DNA of 64,000 nt from a virus, in the IMG/VR virus record IMGVR_UViG_3300008952_000003, positions 1-64,000 of that record. One strand, written 5' to 3'. A model generated the notes under the pieces. The model was not told the origin of the DNA and made no database searches. It worked only from the letters and a program-made list of their open reading frames with translations. The position numbers and the translations under genes were made by a program. Positions 35,893 to 46,400 of this stretch are shown one piece after another; position 1 is the first letter of the stretch, and every line of letters begins with the position of its first letter.

Positions 35893-36822
35893 GTGAAAAT
35901 TCTAATAACTGGGGGCTCCGGAATGGTTGGCTCTGCATTTAAAGATCTCCAAACAAGGCACGATCTAATTTTAGTTGGATCGAGAGAATATGATCTAACT
36001 TCATGGAAAGATTCTTTCTACATGGTGGAGAAAAATAAACCAGATGCTATAATACATCTCGCAGCTAAAGTTGGCGGCATAAAAGCAAATATGGAAAATC
36101 AGGGAGATTTTTATACAATTAACTCTCTGATTAATACAAATGTTTTAAAAGCCGCAAAAGATTTGGGAGTAGAAAAAGTAGTATCTCTTTTGAGCACCTG
36201 CATTTATCCAGACAAAGTAGAGTACCCCCTGACGGAAGACCAGATTCATAATGGGCCCCCCCATTCATCAAACTACGCATATGCTCATGCCAAAAGAATG
36301 TTGGATATTCAATCGAGAGCATACAGGGATCAATATGGGTGCAATTTCATAACCGCAGTTCCAAATAATCTTTTTGGAGAAAATGATAATTTTGATCTAG
36401 AAAATTCCCATGTAATACCAGCAATAATAAGAAAAATACATGAAGCTAATTTGAGGAAAGAAGACATTGTATTATGGGGAGATGGAACTCCACTTCGTGA
36501 GTTTACATATTCTAGGGACTTAGCAGAAATTTTGTTATTTTTAACTGAACATTACAATCACCCTTCTCCGATTAATGTTGGGAACACTCACGAAATATCA
36601 ATAAAAGAAGTTGCTGAAACAATCTGTGAAATTTTAAATTTTAGTGGCCGAATCGTTTGGGACCCTACGAAGCCAAAAGGACAGCTCAGAAAGCCCTCGG
36701 ACAACTCAAGGCTTATTAAACTCGGTTGGCGCCAGGAAAATTATACAGATTTTAAAAAAGCCTTGACAGAAACTTGTAAATGGGTTATAATGAATTATCC
36801 GAATATAAGAGGAGTAACATGA
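35893..36822 (+). CDS. fcl: GDP-L-fucose synthase
   Basis: ITGGSGMVG, HLAAKVGGI, LSTCIYP, YAYAHAK, WGDGTPLREF and KPKGQLRK. Confidence 0.93.
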   Translation: MKILITGGSGMVGSAFKDLQTRHDLILVGSREYDLTSWKDSFYMVEKNKPDAIIHLAAKVGGIKANMENQGDFYTINSLINTNVLKAAKDLGVEKVVSLLSTCIYPDKVEYPLTEDQIHNGPPHSSNYAYAHAKRMLDIQSRAYRDQYGCNFITAVPNNLFGENDNFDLENSHVIPAIIRKIHEANLRKEDIVLWGDGTPLREFTYSRDLAEILLFLTEHYNHPSPINVGNTHEISIKEVAETICEILNFSGRIVWDPTKPKGQLRKPSDNSRLIKLGWRQENYTDFKKALTETCKWVIMNYPNIRGVT

Positions 36823-37484
36823 ATAGTCGATATGAAGAGCAGCACCACATAAATCACCCAATATCGTCAGCAACAAAGTGTTTTGTCAACCACAGTGAAA
36901 AATATCTCTACATAAATGTTCCAAAAAATGCTTCCACTTCTTTGCGTTCTACTATTTTATTTGAAGAATTTGCGCCATATAAATCATTTGAGGCTAGTGA
37001 ATATATAAAATTTATCGTATTTCGGAATCCTTTTGATAGGGTGGTATCCTCTTTCATGGAGTTAAAAAAACTCCGTCCAGATGGCCCCCGCAATATCACC
37101 CTAAACTCTGAATGGTATTTAGAAAAAAATTTACAGAAAAGTTTTGAGAAGTTTTTATATTTTATAGAGGATAATTTTTATGATGGTCATGTATTTCCAC
37201 AAGTCACTTTTTTGGATCATAAGGGCATTTCATTGAGTGATGTTGATGAGATACTGTTATTTGATACTCTTGAGGCCGATTGTGAGAATCTGATCAAAAA
37301 ATATTCACAAATAGTAAGCAAGTCAAAAAAATTGCAGCATCGAAGAAAATCTAGCCCCGCTCAGGTTGCGATATTGAGAAAGATGATCAATTCAAATACC
37401 GACATACACGAACACATTAAGCGTATTTATATAAAAGATTGTGAAATTTATGACAAATTAAATAAAACGAGGATCACCACATGA
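36819..37484 (+). CDS. sulfotransferase family 2
   Basis: [22 protein letters not shown] and HVFPQ. Confidence 0.8.
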   Translation: MNSRYEEQHHINHPISSATKCFVNHSEKYLYINVPKNASTSLRSTILFEEFAPYKSFEASEYIKFIVFRNPFDRVVSSFMELKKLRPDGPRNITLNSEWYLEKNLQKSFEKFLYFIEDNFYDGHVFPQVTFLDHKGISLSDVDEILLFDTLEADCENLIKKYSQIVSKSKKLQHRRKSSPAQVAILRKMINSNTDIHEHIKRIYIKDCEIYDKLNKTRITT

Positions 37485-38452
37485 AGACAGCATTGATAAC
37501 CGGAGTAACTGGCCAAGATGGATCATATCTGGCAGAATTATTATTGAAAAAGGGATATAAAGTAATTGGCGTAAAAAGAAGAACATCACTTATTACAACA
37601 GATAGGGTGGATCATCTTTTTGATCACGAGAACTTCGAGTTGGTTTATGGAAACCTTATAGATGGTGGAAATATCCATAGACTACTGTTGGAGTATAAGC
37701 CGGCTGAAATCTATAATTTGGGCGCACAATCTCACGTCCGAGTCTCCTTCGAAACACCAGAAGAAACATCAGAAATTGTTGCCATGGGGACATTGAGATT
37801 GTTGGAAGCCATTAGAAATGTCTGCCCAGAAGCTAAATTTTATCAGGCGTCTTCATCTGAAATGTTTGGAGATAATCCCCAAAATCCACAAAGTGAAAAA
37901 ACGAGATTAATGCCCGCATCACCTTATGCATGCGCGAAAGTTTTTGCACACAATATAGTTAGAAATTACCGAGAAAGCTATGGGCTCCATGCTTCATCTG
38001 GGATCTTGTTTAATCACGAATCTCCTCGTCGTGGAGAAACTTTTGTAACAAGGAAAATAACATTGGCCGCAGCAAGAATCAAGCTCGGATTGCAGGACAA
38101 GTTATATCTTGGTAATCTAGATGCAAAAAGAGACTGGGGATATGCAGGAGACTATGTGGAAGCGATGTGGCTAATGCTTCAGCAGGAAGATCCTGATGAT
38201 TATGTCATAGCCACTGGAAAAAGTTATAGTGTTAAGCAGTTTTTAGAAACGGTATTTAAATATGCTGGTTTGGATGTCGAGAAGTATGTTAAAATAGATG
38301 AAAGATTGTTTAGGCCGCATGAAGTCCCACTATTGCTTGGCGATGCCTCGAAGGCAGAAAAGTTGCTTGGGTGGAAAAATAAAACTAGCATGCGTGACTT
38401 AGCTATAATGATGTATGAGTCTGATTTGGAAAGTCTAAGAAACAATGAGTAA
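37481..38452 (+). CDS. gmd: GDP-mannose 4,6-dehydratase
   Basis: [39 protein letters not shown] and [17 protein letters not shown]. Confidence 0.95.
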   Translation: MKTALITGVTGQDGSYLAELLLKKGYKVIGVKRRTSLITTDRVDHLFDHENFELVYGNLIDGGNIHRLLLEYKPAEIYNLGAQSHVRVSFETPEETSEIVAMGTLRLLEAIRNVCPEAKFYQASSSEMFGDNPQNPQSEKTRLMPASPYACAKVFAHNIVRNYRESYGLHASSGILFNHESPRRGETFVTRKITLAAARIKLGLQDKLYLGNLDAKRDWGYAGDYVEAMWLMLQQEDPDDYVIATGKSYSVKQFLETVFKYAGLDVEKYVKIDERLFRPHEVPLLLGDASKAEKLLGWKNKTSMRDLAIMMYESDLESLRNNE

Positions 38453-39272
38453 GATTTTAGTTACGGGACATCGAGGATATATTGGCTCTCACGTCTATGC
38501 AGAATTGTCGGATATGGGACACGATGTTTCTGGAATCGATTTGAAAGAGGGAGACGATATAATACACCGCCTTCCAGATGGGGAATTTGATTATGTTTTT
38601 CATCTCGCTGCTCTCCCAAGAGTCGAATATTCAGTTGAGAATCCATACTACACTGCAAAACAAAACGTTTTGGTTACCTCGAAGATATTAGAATGGTCCA
38701 AAAATCATGGCGTGAAAGCAGTTATTTTTTCATCATCATCAGCAGTCTATGGAGAGGGCCTCGGCCCAAAATCTCCGTATGGATTGCACAAATTAATGTC
38801 AGAAATGGAGTGTGATCTATATTCTGAACTATATGGGCTGAAGTGTGTGTGTCTTCGATATTTCAATGCTTATTCGGAAGATCAGGAATATGGAGGATCT
38901 TACTCTACTGTGGTCGCTGCTTGGATGCAAATGATAAGGGATGGAAAATCGCTTAGGATTGACGGCGATGGAGAGCAAAGTCGCGACTTCATTCATGTAT
39001 CAGACATAGTTAGTGCTAATATATGGTGTATGGAAAACATAGAAAAAATAGATAAACTGTGGTACGACGTCGGATACGGCGAGACGTGCAGCCTAAACGA
39101 TATAAAAGAGATAGTAGATAGGTTCAACGACGTAGTGTGGACAAAGGCACCAGAAAGAAGTGGAGACGTGAGGCACACAAAGATCGGCAATCAAAGGCTT
39201 CAGACGACTGGTTGGTCTCCCAAAATCTCAATCGATGAAGGGTTGAGTAGATGTTTTAAAAATTTAAAATAA
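38445..39272 (+). CDS. NAD-dependent epimerase/dehydratase (extended SDR)
   Basis: [30 protein letters not shown] and [12 protein letters not shown]. Confidence 0.88.
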   Translation: MSKILVTGHRGYIGSHVYAELSDMGHDVSGIDLKEGDDIIHRLPDGEFDYVFHLAALPRVEYSVENPYYTAKQNVLVTSKILEWSKNHGVKAVIFSSSSAVYGEGLGPKSPYGLHKLMSEMECDLYSELYGLKCVCLRYFNAYSEDQEYGGSYSTVVAAWMQMIRDGKSLRIDGDGEQSRDFIHVSDIVSANIWCMENIEKIDKLWYDVGYGETCSLNDIKEIVDRFNDVVWTKAPERSGDVRHTKIGNQRLQTTGWSPKISIDEGLSRCFKNLK

Positions 39273-39285
39273 TTTACTTTTTTCC

Positions 39286-39314
39286 TTGACAATCGACAAA
39301 ATGGGTGTTATAAT
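39286..39314 (+). promoter_or_regulatory. sigma70-type promoter
   Basis: TTGACA-N17-TATAAT with extended -10 TG, then SD AGGAGG. Confidence 0.88.
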
Positions 39315-39344
39315 ATACATAACATTTATAGGAGGAGTGTGATT

Positions 39345-39530
39345 ATGAAATTGTCCAATCAAGCGCTAGGCGCAATTATGATGGCTTTGCAAAAGTCCCT
39401 AATGGAGCAGTCGGATATTGTCCCGGTACTTCAAGGTTTTGTTCTCAATGAGGCTGAAGATGGCCTCGTAGTTGAGAACCCGCCAATCTTGGAATTTGAA
39501 AATCAAGAAGAAACAGATGCCGAGGTATGA
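39345..39530 (+). CDS. conserved hypothetical protein
   Basis: SD AGGAGG; MKLSNQALGAIMMALQKSLMEQSDIVPVL. Confidence 0.75.
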   Translation: MKLSNQALGAIMMALQKSLMEQSDIVPVLQGFVLNEAEDGLVVENPPILEFENQEETDAEV

Positions 39531-39783
39531 TTATTATTGCGAGGAGTGTGATGAATATTTTGAAATCATCCATTCAATGACTGAGAGCCTGGAGAATTGC
39601 GAGGAGTGTGATTCACAGGCTTTTAGCCGTGTTCCATCAGCACCCACTTACATTCAAAAGAAAAAAAAATCAAAAATTGAAAAAAAAGCTGGGTCATTAG
39701 TGGAAGAATATATAAGAAAGAACAAAGAGTCGATCAATGAAGAGAAGAGTCGATTGAAAAGTCAGGAATATAAAGATGAGTAG
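39517..39783 (+). CDS. FmdB-family zinc-ribbon protein
   Basis: MPRYDYYCEECDEYFE...CEECDS. Confidence 0.8.
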   Translation: MPRYDYYCEECDEYFEIIHSMTESLENCEECDSQAFSRVPSAPTYIQKKKKSKIEKKAGSLVEEYIRKNKESINEEKSRLKSQEYKDE

Positions 39784-40096
39784 TGTCGTAATCGCATTAT
39801 CTTTGGTTATTTGTTTATCTGTTTCTATACTGATGAATGTATTTCTAATATGGTATATGTGGCGCGCCTTGCAGCAAATAAATTATTATGACTTAGAGTT
39901 GAGAGAGATTGTTGGTGTCATACAGAATTTCACAAACCATTTGGAAGTGGTATATGAGATGGAAATGTTTTATGGCGACGAGACCTTGAGACATCTGCTA
40001 CAGCACGCCAGAGATCTGACCGAAGCGTTTAGTCAATATGACTCGCACCCACAGGAAGAACCAGAAGAGGAATTTTATGACGACAAAGCAGAATAA
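39776..40096 (+). CDS. hypothetical membrane-anchored protein
   Basis: N-terminal TM helix followed by a helical region. Confidence 0.7.
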   Translation: MSSVVIALSLVICLSVSILMNVFLIWYMWRALQQINYYDLELREIVGVIQNFTNHLEVVYEMEMFYGDETLRHLLQHARDLTEAFSQYDSHPQEEPEEEFYDDKAE

Positions 40097-40802
40097 GCCC
40101 AAAAAGAAGAGGAGGAGAATCAGAAGAAGCAAGAATCCTCGAAATTATTTCACTCAAGTTCATGAAGATGCAATCATAGAATTTAATAACACAGATAATT
40201 TCAAAAGAAGAGAGGAGCTATATACAAAATTAATAGGCCCAGCACTCAGCGAAATGGTGGATAAAATTGTTTTAACTTATAGGTTCACCTCTCTTCCGAA
40301 CATAGATTCCCTAAGAGATGAGTGCAAAATCTGGCTCGTCACAATATTGGGAAAGTTTAATCCCGAAAAGGGTTCAAAGGCTTTTTCTTACTTTTCGGTT
40401 GTCACGAAGAACTGGTTTATCCAAAAAGTCAAGAAAAACAAGAAGAAGTTCAAAAGAGAAATGGATTTTGAGGATCTATCAAAAGAACTTCACTTGAAGT
40501 ATGTCTCTGTTGAAAATGATTATGACGAGACCAGAGAAAAAGATGAATTCTGGTCCCACCTTGTCAATGAAATAGATAATTGGGATGTCGATAAACTAAA
40601 AGAAAATGAGAAAAAAGTTCTTAAAGCTGTGAAAATTTTAGTTAGTAACTGCGAAGATATAGAAATTTTTAATAAAAAAGCTATTTATCTATACATGAGA
40701 GAAATCACTGGACTGAGTACTAAACAGGTCGTCAATAGTCTTACCAAAATGAGAAAAAAATATGATATTTTCAAAGTCAAGTGGGATCGAGGAGATGTAT
40801 AG
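40077..40802 (+). CDS. gp55: phage late sigma factor, T4 gp55-like
   Basis: NYFT...IV..YRF...KFNPEKGSKAFSYFSVVTKNWFIQ corresponds to the gp55 region-2 FDPEK...FAYFT signature. Confidence 0.7.
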   Translation: MTTKQNKPKKKRRRIRRSKNPRNYFTQVHEDAIIEFNNTDNFKRREELYTKLIGPALSEMVDKIVLTYRFTSLPNIDSLRDECKIWLVTILGKFNPEKGSKAFSYFSVVTKNWFIQKVKKNKKKFKREMDFEDLSKELHLKYVSVENDYDETREKDEFWSHLVNEIDNWDVDKLKENEKKVLKAVKILVSNCEDIEIFNKKAIYLYMREITGLSTKQVVNSLTKMRKKYDIFKVKWDRGDV

Positions 40803-41101
40803 TTTTGAATGATAAATTAGAAAAATATATATTAGAGGCAGTAAAAAACATAAGAAACGATAGAGATATTACCAAAAGGCTCCTCGATGACGTGATAGTA
40901 TATTTAAGTAAAGACGAACAACGTCATCGAGAAGTTGGAATTACTGCTGCCAAATATGTCGAAACACTACAGAGATCAAACGAACAACTGGTTAAGATTT
41001 CGACACTTTTGCAAAAGAAAGAGACAAAAGATATTGGATTATCCGATATCGACAAGAAAGACATCTTCGACATTATCCAGTCCGGAGGGATAGATGAATA
41101 A
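40781..41101 (+). CDS. conserved hypothetical helical protein (start uncertain)
   Basis: KYVETLQRSNEQLVKI; the true start is probably downstream of 40781. Confidence 0.65.
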   Translation: MGSRRCIVLNDKLEKYILEAVKNIRNDRDITKRLLDDVIVYLSKDEQRHREVGITAAKYVETLQRSNEQLVKISTLLQKKETKDIGLSDIDKKDIFDIIQSGGIDE

Positions 41102-42480
41102 TGACATCAAAAAGTATAAACAACAACACATCACTTGTCACTCCGGGCGCCCTTAATCGCAAGAATAGTAGGAGAAAAAAGCCATTTCGAGCCGAGTCTC
41201 ATGGCAAAGGAATCTGGCAAGTAAAGGAGTCAATAAACTCTTTTCTTGAATTTCTAACGAGCGGAGAGGAATTATCAGAACTTGTGGGACAAGTGGTGTC
41301 ACCACCAGTAGTCATCCAAGGCGCCGCCCTGATAAATAATTATGTGAGTAATCCGTCATCTGAAGAGTCGGTCAAACAGTACTTAAAGGTTTATGTTAGA
41401 ATACCACTGGAGCACATGGCCAGCCCCATTACAAATTCTCTCCTAGCCGCCGGCGCGAATGCGGTGAGTCAAGCATTTTTTCCGAATTTGAAGTTTTCTG
41501 ATGAGGTCCTCTCATTATTCTATCCCTACTTTTTAATGCCGCTTGATGACAATATGTCAGAACAACTTCCAAAAGTTGGTGACCAGGTGAGGGTTTCTTA
41601 TGATGATGCCCTTAAGACATACGGCCGCCTATTGGGGATAGAGAGTCGGTACGATGGGGTTACTGCTCCTTCTGATCCGAACAATCCAAACGCGGCACAC
41701 AATTCGGCAACGAGCGCCTTTAGCGACTTGTCAAGGCCAATTAGTAGTATTTTCAAGGCAGACCAGGGCCCCATCGCAAAGCTCTCAGACAATCCTGCAG
41801 ATATTTCAAATTTGTGCCCAGGCCCAGATATCACTTCGTCAAATGGTGATCTGCTTGAGACGGTGATAATCGATAATCGCCTAGTGAATATAGAGATAGC
41901 GCCACACTTGGTCTCTCTTTTGAGGGACGCTAAGGCCGCTGGCTCTCCAACTCGCCTCAATAGCGGGTTTCGAATCCCATTTGAAAAAGATAAACTCACC
42001 AAAGAGGAATTTAATGCCCTAACTCAAGGAACTCAGTGTGTCAACTGGGACGGCAATCCTTTACCACCGAGAACCAGAGATGATAAAACACAAGAAAAGC
42101 TAAGAGTGGACAACTGCAGTCCTCCCCCTCTGCAGCCGGGAGTATACTGCAATCCAGCAACCGCCCTTCCGGGCTCTTCTGGCCACCAACGCGGTACCGC
42201 AGCAGACATGAGCACTGGAATGGGAACCATAAAGTACTCAGCACCAAATAAGATTACGAAACAATATCGATGGCTATCCCTGAACGCCTGGAAATACGGT
42301 TTTATAAGAACAGTTAGTTCCGAACGGTGGCATTGGGAATTTAAGCCCGGCCTCGGACAATTTTCGATCGTATCTAGGGATAATCCACTTTGGGACTCTC
42401 AATTTAGCGGCCGAGCAGTGTATGACGAGGAAGAAGAATTCGTACAACAAGAACTGACAGCGAATTCGCTCTCCTCTTAA
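41101..42480 (+). CDS. baseplate hub-like protein with M15-family (VanY-like) peptidoglycan peptidase
   Basis: OB-fold-like LPKVGDQVRVSY; RLNSGFR, PGSSGHQRGTAAD and ERWHWEF Zn motifs. Confidence 0.7.
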   Translation: MTSKSINNNTSLVTPGALNRKNSRRKKPFRAESHGKGIWQVKESINSFLEFLTSGEELSELVGQVVSPPVVIQGAALINNYVSNPSSEESVKQYLKVYVRIPLEHMASPITNSLLAAGANAVSQAFFPNLKFSDEVLSLFYPYFLMPLDDNMSEQLPKVGDQVRVSYDDALKTYGRLLGIESRYDGVTAPSDPNNPNAAHNSATSAFSDLSRPISSIFKADQGPIAKLSDNPADISNLCPGPDITSSNGDLLETVIIDNRLVNIEIAPHLVSLLRDAKAAGSPTRLNSGFRIPFEKDKLTKEEFNALTQGTQCVNWDGNPLPPRTRDDKTQEKLRVDNCSPPPLQPGVYCNPATALPGSSGHQRGTAADMSTGMGTIKYSAPNKITKQYRWLSLNAWKYGFIRTVSSERWHWEFKPGLGQFSIVSRDNPLWDSQFSGRAVYDEEEEFVQQELTANSLSS

Positions 42481-42490
42481 GGAAAATCGC

Positions 42491-43429
42491 GTGAAAAAAC
42501 TAAGACAAATAGAAAATCTCTCAGAACTACAGAAAGAAAAGACCGATATAAGCAATCCCTCGATAGGGATGAATAATAGTCACATTCCAGATTCTCATCC
42601 AAAGTTGGACCGCGCACCCAATTCTACAGTGATCAAGAATGACTATAGTGCCATGACGATATATGGTAAAGATCGCCCATCTAACGTGGGTTCTGGTTAT
42701 GGCGGCGCCGGATGCACAGCATGCGCCTCGATCGATACAATAGTTGGCCTCCAGTCAATGGCGCCCAACGGCCCAACGAACGATTCAATTGCAAATCCGA
42801 GCATGATGATGGATTCTGCTAGAATGTTGATATCTCAAATGTCAGATATAGACTATAATCTTGGAATTGTAGCTGGTAAGATAGGCGACTCAATCGGCGA
42901 ATCCGCCGCCCTCCTGAAAGCAGACGCGACCCGAATCGTCGCCAGATCCGGAGGGATAAAACTTGTTACTGGAACCGATCCCAAGAATTCTCTTGGAGCA
43001 AACCTGTATTCAACCCCCGGTATCGAACTTAATGCTGGAAATGACGATAAACGAAGAAAAGTAATAGGCTTGCAAAAGGAGGTGGAAAGTCTGCAGCCGA
43101 TCCCAAAGGGGGACAATCTGGTGCTATTCCTTGAGGGTCTGGTGGATAGGGTCGATAAGTTATCATCAATATTAGATGATTTTATGAAAACGCAAAGCAG
43201 CTACAACAAATTGCTTTCGGCTCATGTTCACATTACTACGATCCCTGGCGTTCCGACAACTCCATCCATCGAGCTTCTAGTTGGCACCCCGCTTGTTGGC
43301 ATAGTTAACACAGCTTTTGTAAAAATACCAAACCTAATGAATAGATTTAATCTGAGCACAACAAAGATTAATTATTTAAAAAATATCGGCCCAATCAACA
43401 TCAATAGTCGATACAACAGGACAACATAA
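42491..43429 (+). CDS. putative baseplate spike (gp5 C-terminal / gpV-like)
   Basis: Beta-rich region (ALLKADATRIVARSGGIKLVTG), QPIPKGDNL and a near-C-terminal AHVH motif. Confidence 0.55.
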   Translation: MKKLRQIENLSELQKEKTDISNPSIGMNNSHIPDSHPKLDRAPNSTVIKNDYSAMTIYGKDRPSNVGSGYGGAGCTACASIDTIVGLQSMAPNGPTNDSIANPSMMMDSARMLISQMSDIDYNLGIVAGKIGDSIGESAALLKADATRIVARSGGIKLVTGTDPKNSLGANLYSTPGIELNAGNDDKRRKVIGLQKEVESLQPIPKGDNLVLFLEGLVDRVDKLSSILDDFMKTQSSYNKLLSAHVHITTIPGVPTTPSIELLVGTPLVGIVNTAFVKIPNLMNRFNLSTTKINYLKNIGPININSRYNRTT

Positions 43430-46400
43430 TGCCCATTTCCGACAAAAACAAGAAAACTCAGAAGAAAAAGAATCCAAACGCTGCCATTCCAGACTGGACA
43501 AAAATGTGTGATAAGGCGGCATTTTTTAATGAGAGGGATAACGAATATTCTGTTGTTATTTTCGCTGATGAAGAAGCCGAAGATGAGATATTATCATCTG
43601 CATTGTTTGAGCTTTATGATCAAGAGGGACTGACGAAAAAGATTACAGCCTCTGACGTTAAAAAATATATATCAAACAAAGATATTGAAATAAAAGACAT
43701 CTTTGTCCCAACGAAAAACAATCAAAGCAAGAAAATATTGTGCTCGATTCCATTTAAAAAATATCAAAAAATAAGCGAACAACTGGGAAAAAAAGATAAA
43801 ACAGTTCCAGAATCAGATCGCGCTTTTCAAGAAGAAGAAGAGAATAGTGGATATTTTGTGGAAATTTCAAGACAAGATTATGATAAATATTTCAATGGTC
43901 TGGAGAACATATTAACGAAAGTTGGCAAGGATTATGAGTTTGCATATCGCGCTGGAAAATATAATGTTCCAAACCTGAGATTTTTGAGCGAAATAAAAAA
44001 ACTTAAGATTTTTAAAAAACAATTGGGGGATTTTCTAAAGGATAATGATGTCTCCATGAAAGATAAATCCCTAGACAAAATTGGGCTTCTATACAAGTCA
44101 GACCCAAAAGAGACGTACAGTAATCTTGGTTCAATATGGTTCAAAAATAAGACACAACCATGGGAAAAGACAGAAAAAGGATTCAAGGCATTCTCAACAA
44201 AGAGTCCAGCAAATGATAAAACAACACTAGCTTTCGTTCTAAACATGCCAAATATCAATAGGAAATACTCTTCAGAGAATTCTCCACCCTTTAGTCAGTT
44301 TATCGAGGATTATGTATATCCATCTAGAAACCCCAAGGACACATCCTCGCCAACGCTGAGTTCGAATAATAATGCCGGATATCAGCAAACAACGCCTGGA
44401 AACGAAGTAAAGGGCTATCTGACGAACTTTGGGCAATCATTCAATGAAAGTATCTCACCCGAGTTTGATACTGGTTATACGTGGGAACAGAAGAAGAAAT
44501 TAGACAAGACCCTGAATGATCCGGCAGTCCTCCGTAGAAGAACTCAAGATTCCCTCAATCGTGTCATCAAGACAGTCGACCCAATAGTTGACAAGATTCA
44601 GGACGCGCTTGAGATGGCCGAAGATTTAGATGATTTATATACAAATATTCTCAACCCACTCGGCACAGAAGGCCTAGCAGCACTATTATCCGAGGGCATT
44701 TTAAAGAAAATAAAGTCACTACCACTAGACAAAGTGATGAAGCAGACAGTATCGTCGATCCTGGCAGTCATACCAGATGAACAATTATACGAAATATACT
44801 CAAGCACTATCGGTGGCGACTTTTTGAGTGACATTGCGAAGCAGATTGAGGAAATCTTCGTGGATATTGCATGGCCAGAATTACATCCGGATCTGCCAAT
44901 TCCAAATATTGATGATCTGGAAATCCCAAGCTTGGTTCGCAATGGGATATTTGATCCCCTCTCCCTCCCTGCAGATGTTTGTTTGGGAATCCCAGGCCTG
45001 CAAAAAAATAAAGATTTTGAAAGAATAAAAAAGACTTTTGTACACATAGTCGAAAGAGACCTAGTTCCCCCGGGGGACTTCGTAGATTTAATAGAAAAGA
45101 CCGGTACAGCCGCCGATAAAGATGTCATCAAAAAGATATTTAAATTTAACTTAAACTTGAATCCAAATTCATCCATCTCCAGGTCATCTCGTGCATCTTC
45201 CGGCCCATCTACGGATTCTTCCCGAGGCCGCGCCTCCTCCAGAAGGGGTGGTACTCGCAGCAAAAACAACACAGACTCTATAGATACAAAATCTCATTAT
45301 ATAAAGAATAGAACCCGAAAAAAAGCAAAGTTAAACGATGTGACGCTCCCGTACATACCGGAAATACCTTCTCTAAGTTTGGGTGATTTTGGCAAAATAG
45401 CCATAAATATAGCAGAATCGAAGCTAGAAAAAATCAGCATGAAGATAATAAAGGTTTTGCTGAAAAAGGTATTATCGGCAATTTTTGGAGGCGCCAATGG
45501 AGCCAGCCCGGATGATATTGTTGGCGCAAAGCACGATAAAGTAAAAAATATTTTAAAGAGAGATTTAACTCGACCAGGAGCATCTGACAAAGAGGTGAAT
45601 GAGTCTATTAACAAACTATTGGGATCTTTTTCTATTTGGGACCCGACGAAGAAGAAACCAACCGATAAAGATGTCGGAGATTTTATCGATTCTATTTCTA
45701 TGTCGCTGAGCAATCAGCAGATTATAGACCTTTTTAGTGGCACAGCGAACAATGAGGCCCTATGTCAGGTAAGGCAATCCATAAACAGTCTACCAAATAG
45801 CAATATAGCGGACTCTTTGTCGTCCGACGGAGACATAGATAATATGTTCTCCAGTCTCGGAACGCTCATTGATAGAAACGCACTTCAGGCTCAAGAAGAC
45901 ATAGATTCGGTGCTAAATTCTCCAAGAATAACCACCGATTTGTGCAGTCTCCCCTCTCAGATTGAGGTTGCCAACCGACTCAAAGCCGCCGCCCTAGCGA
46001 ACAAGGGCCTTTCTCCAGATGAGATAAATAATCAACTGCAGAAAGCGGAGGATCTTGCACTAGAGGACCTCGGGGACCTGGTGAAAGCCCTCGCCAGCCC
46101 TGAAAACTTATTGGCAAATTTGGGAGACATCCCGATAAAACAGACCCCTGAAGGTCCCGTCGTTTCTCCAATATCAAGCGATCCACGAAATCCAGATGAT
46201 GGTCTATATCCCATGGAAGATGAATCTACATCCAAAGCCATATCAGATACATACGAAAATTTATATAATTCTATGAATACTATTGCGATTTCTGATATGA
46301 CGGTTGGGAACCCAAGCAACATCACTAGTCGAGGATTTTTAGATATGGTGTTGGCATCAAAGAAGGGGCGCCCATTTTCGAAGATAGCTGATGATTTGAT

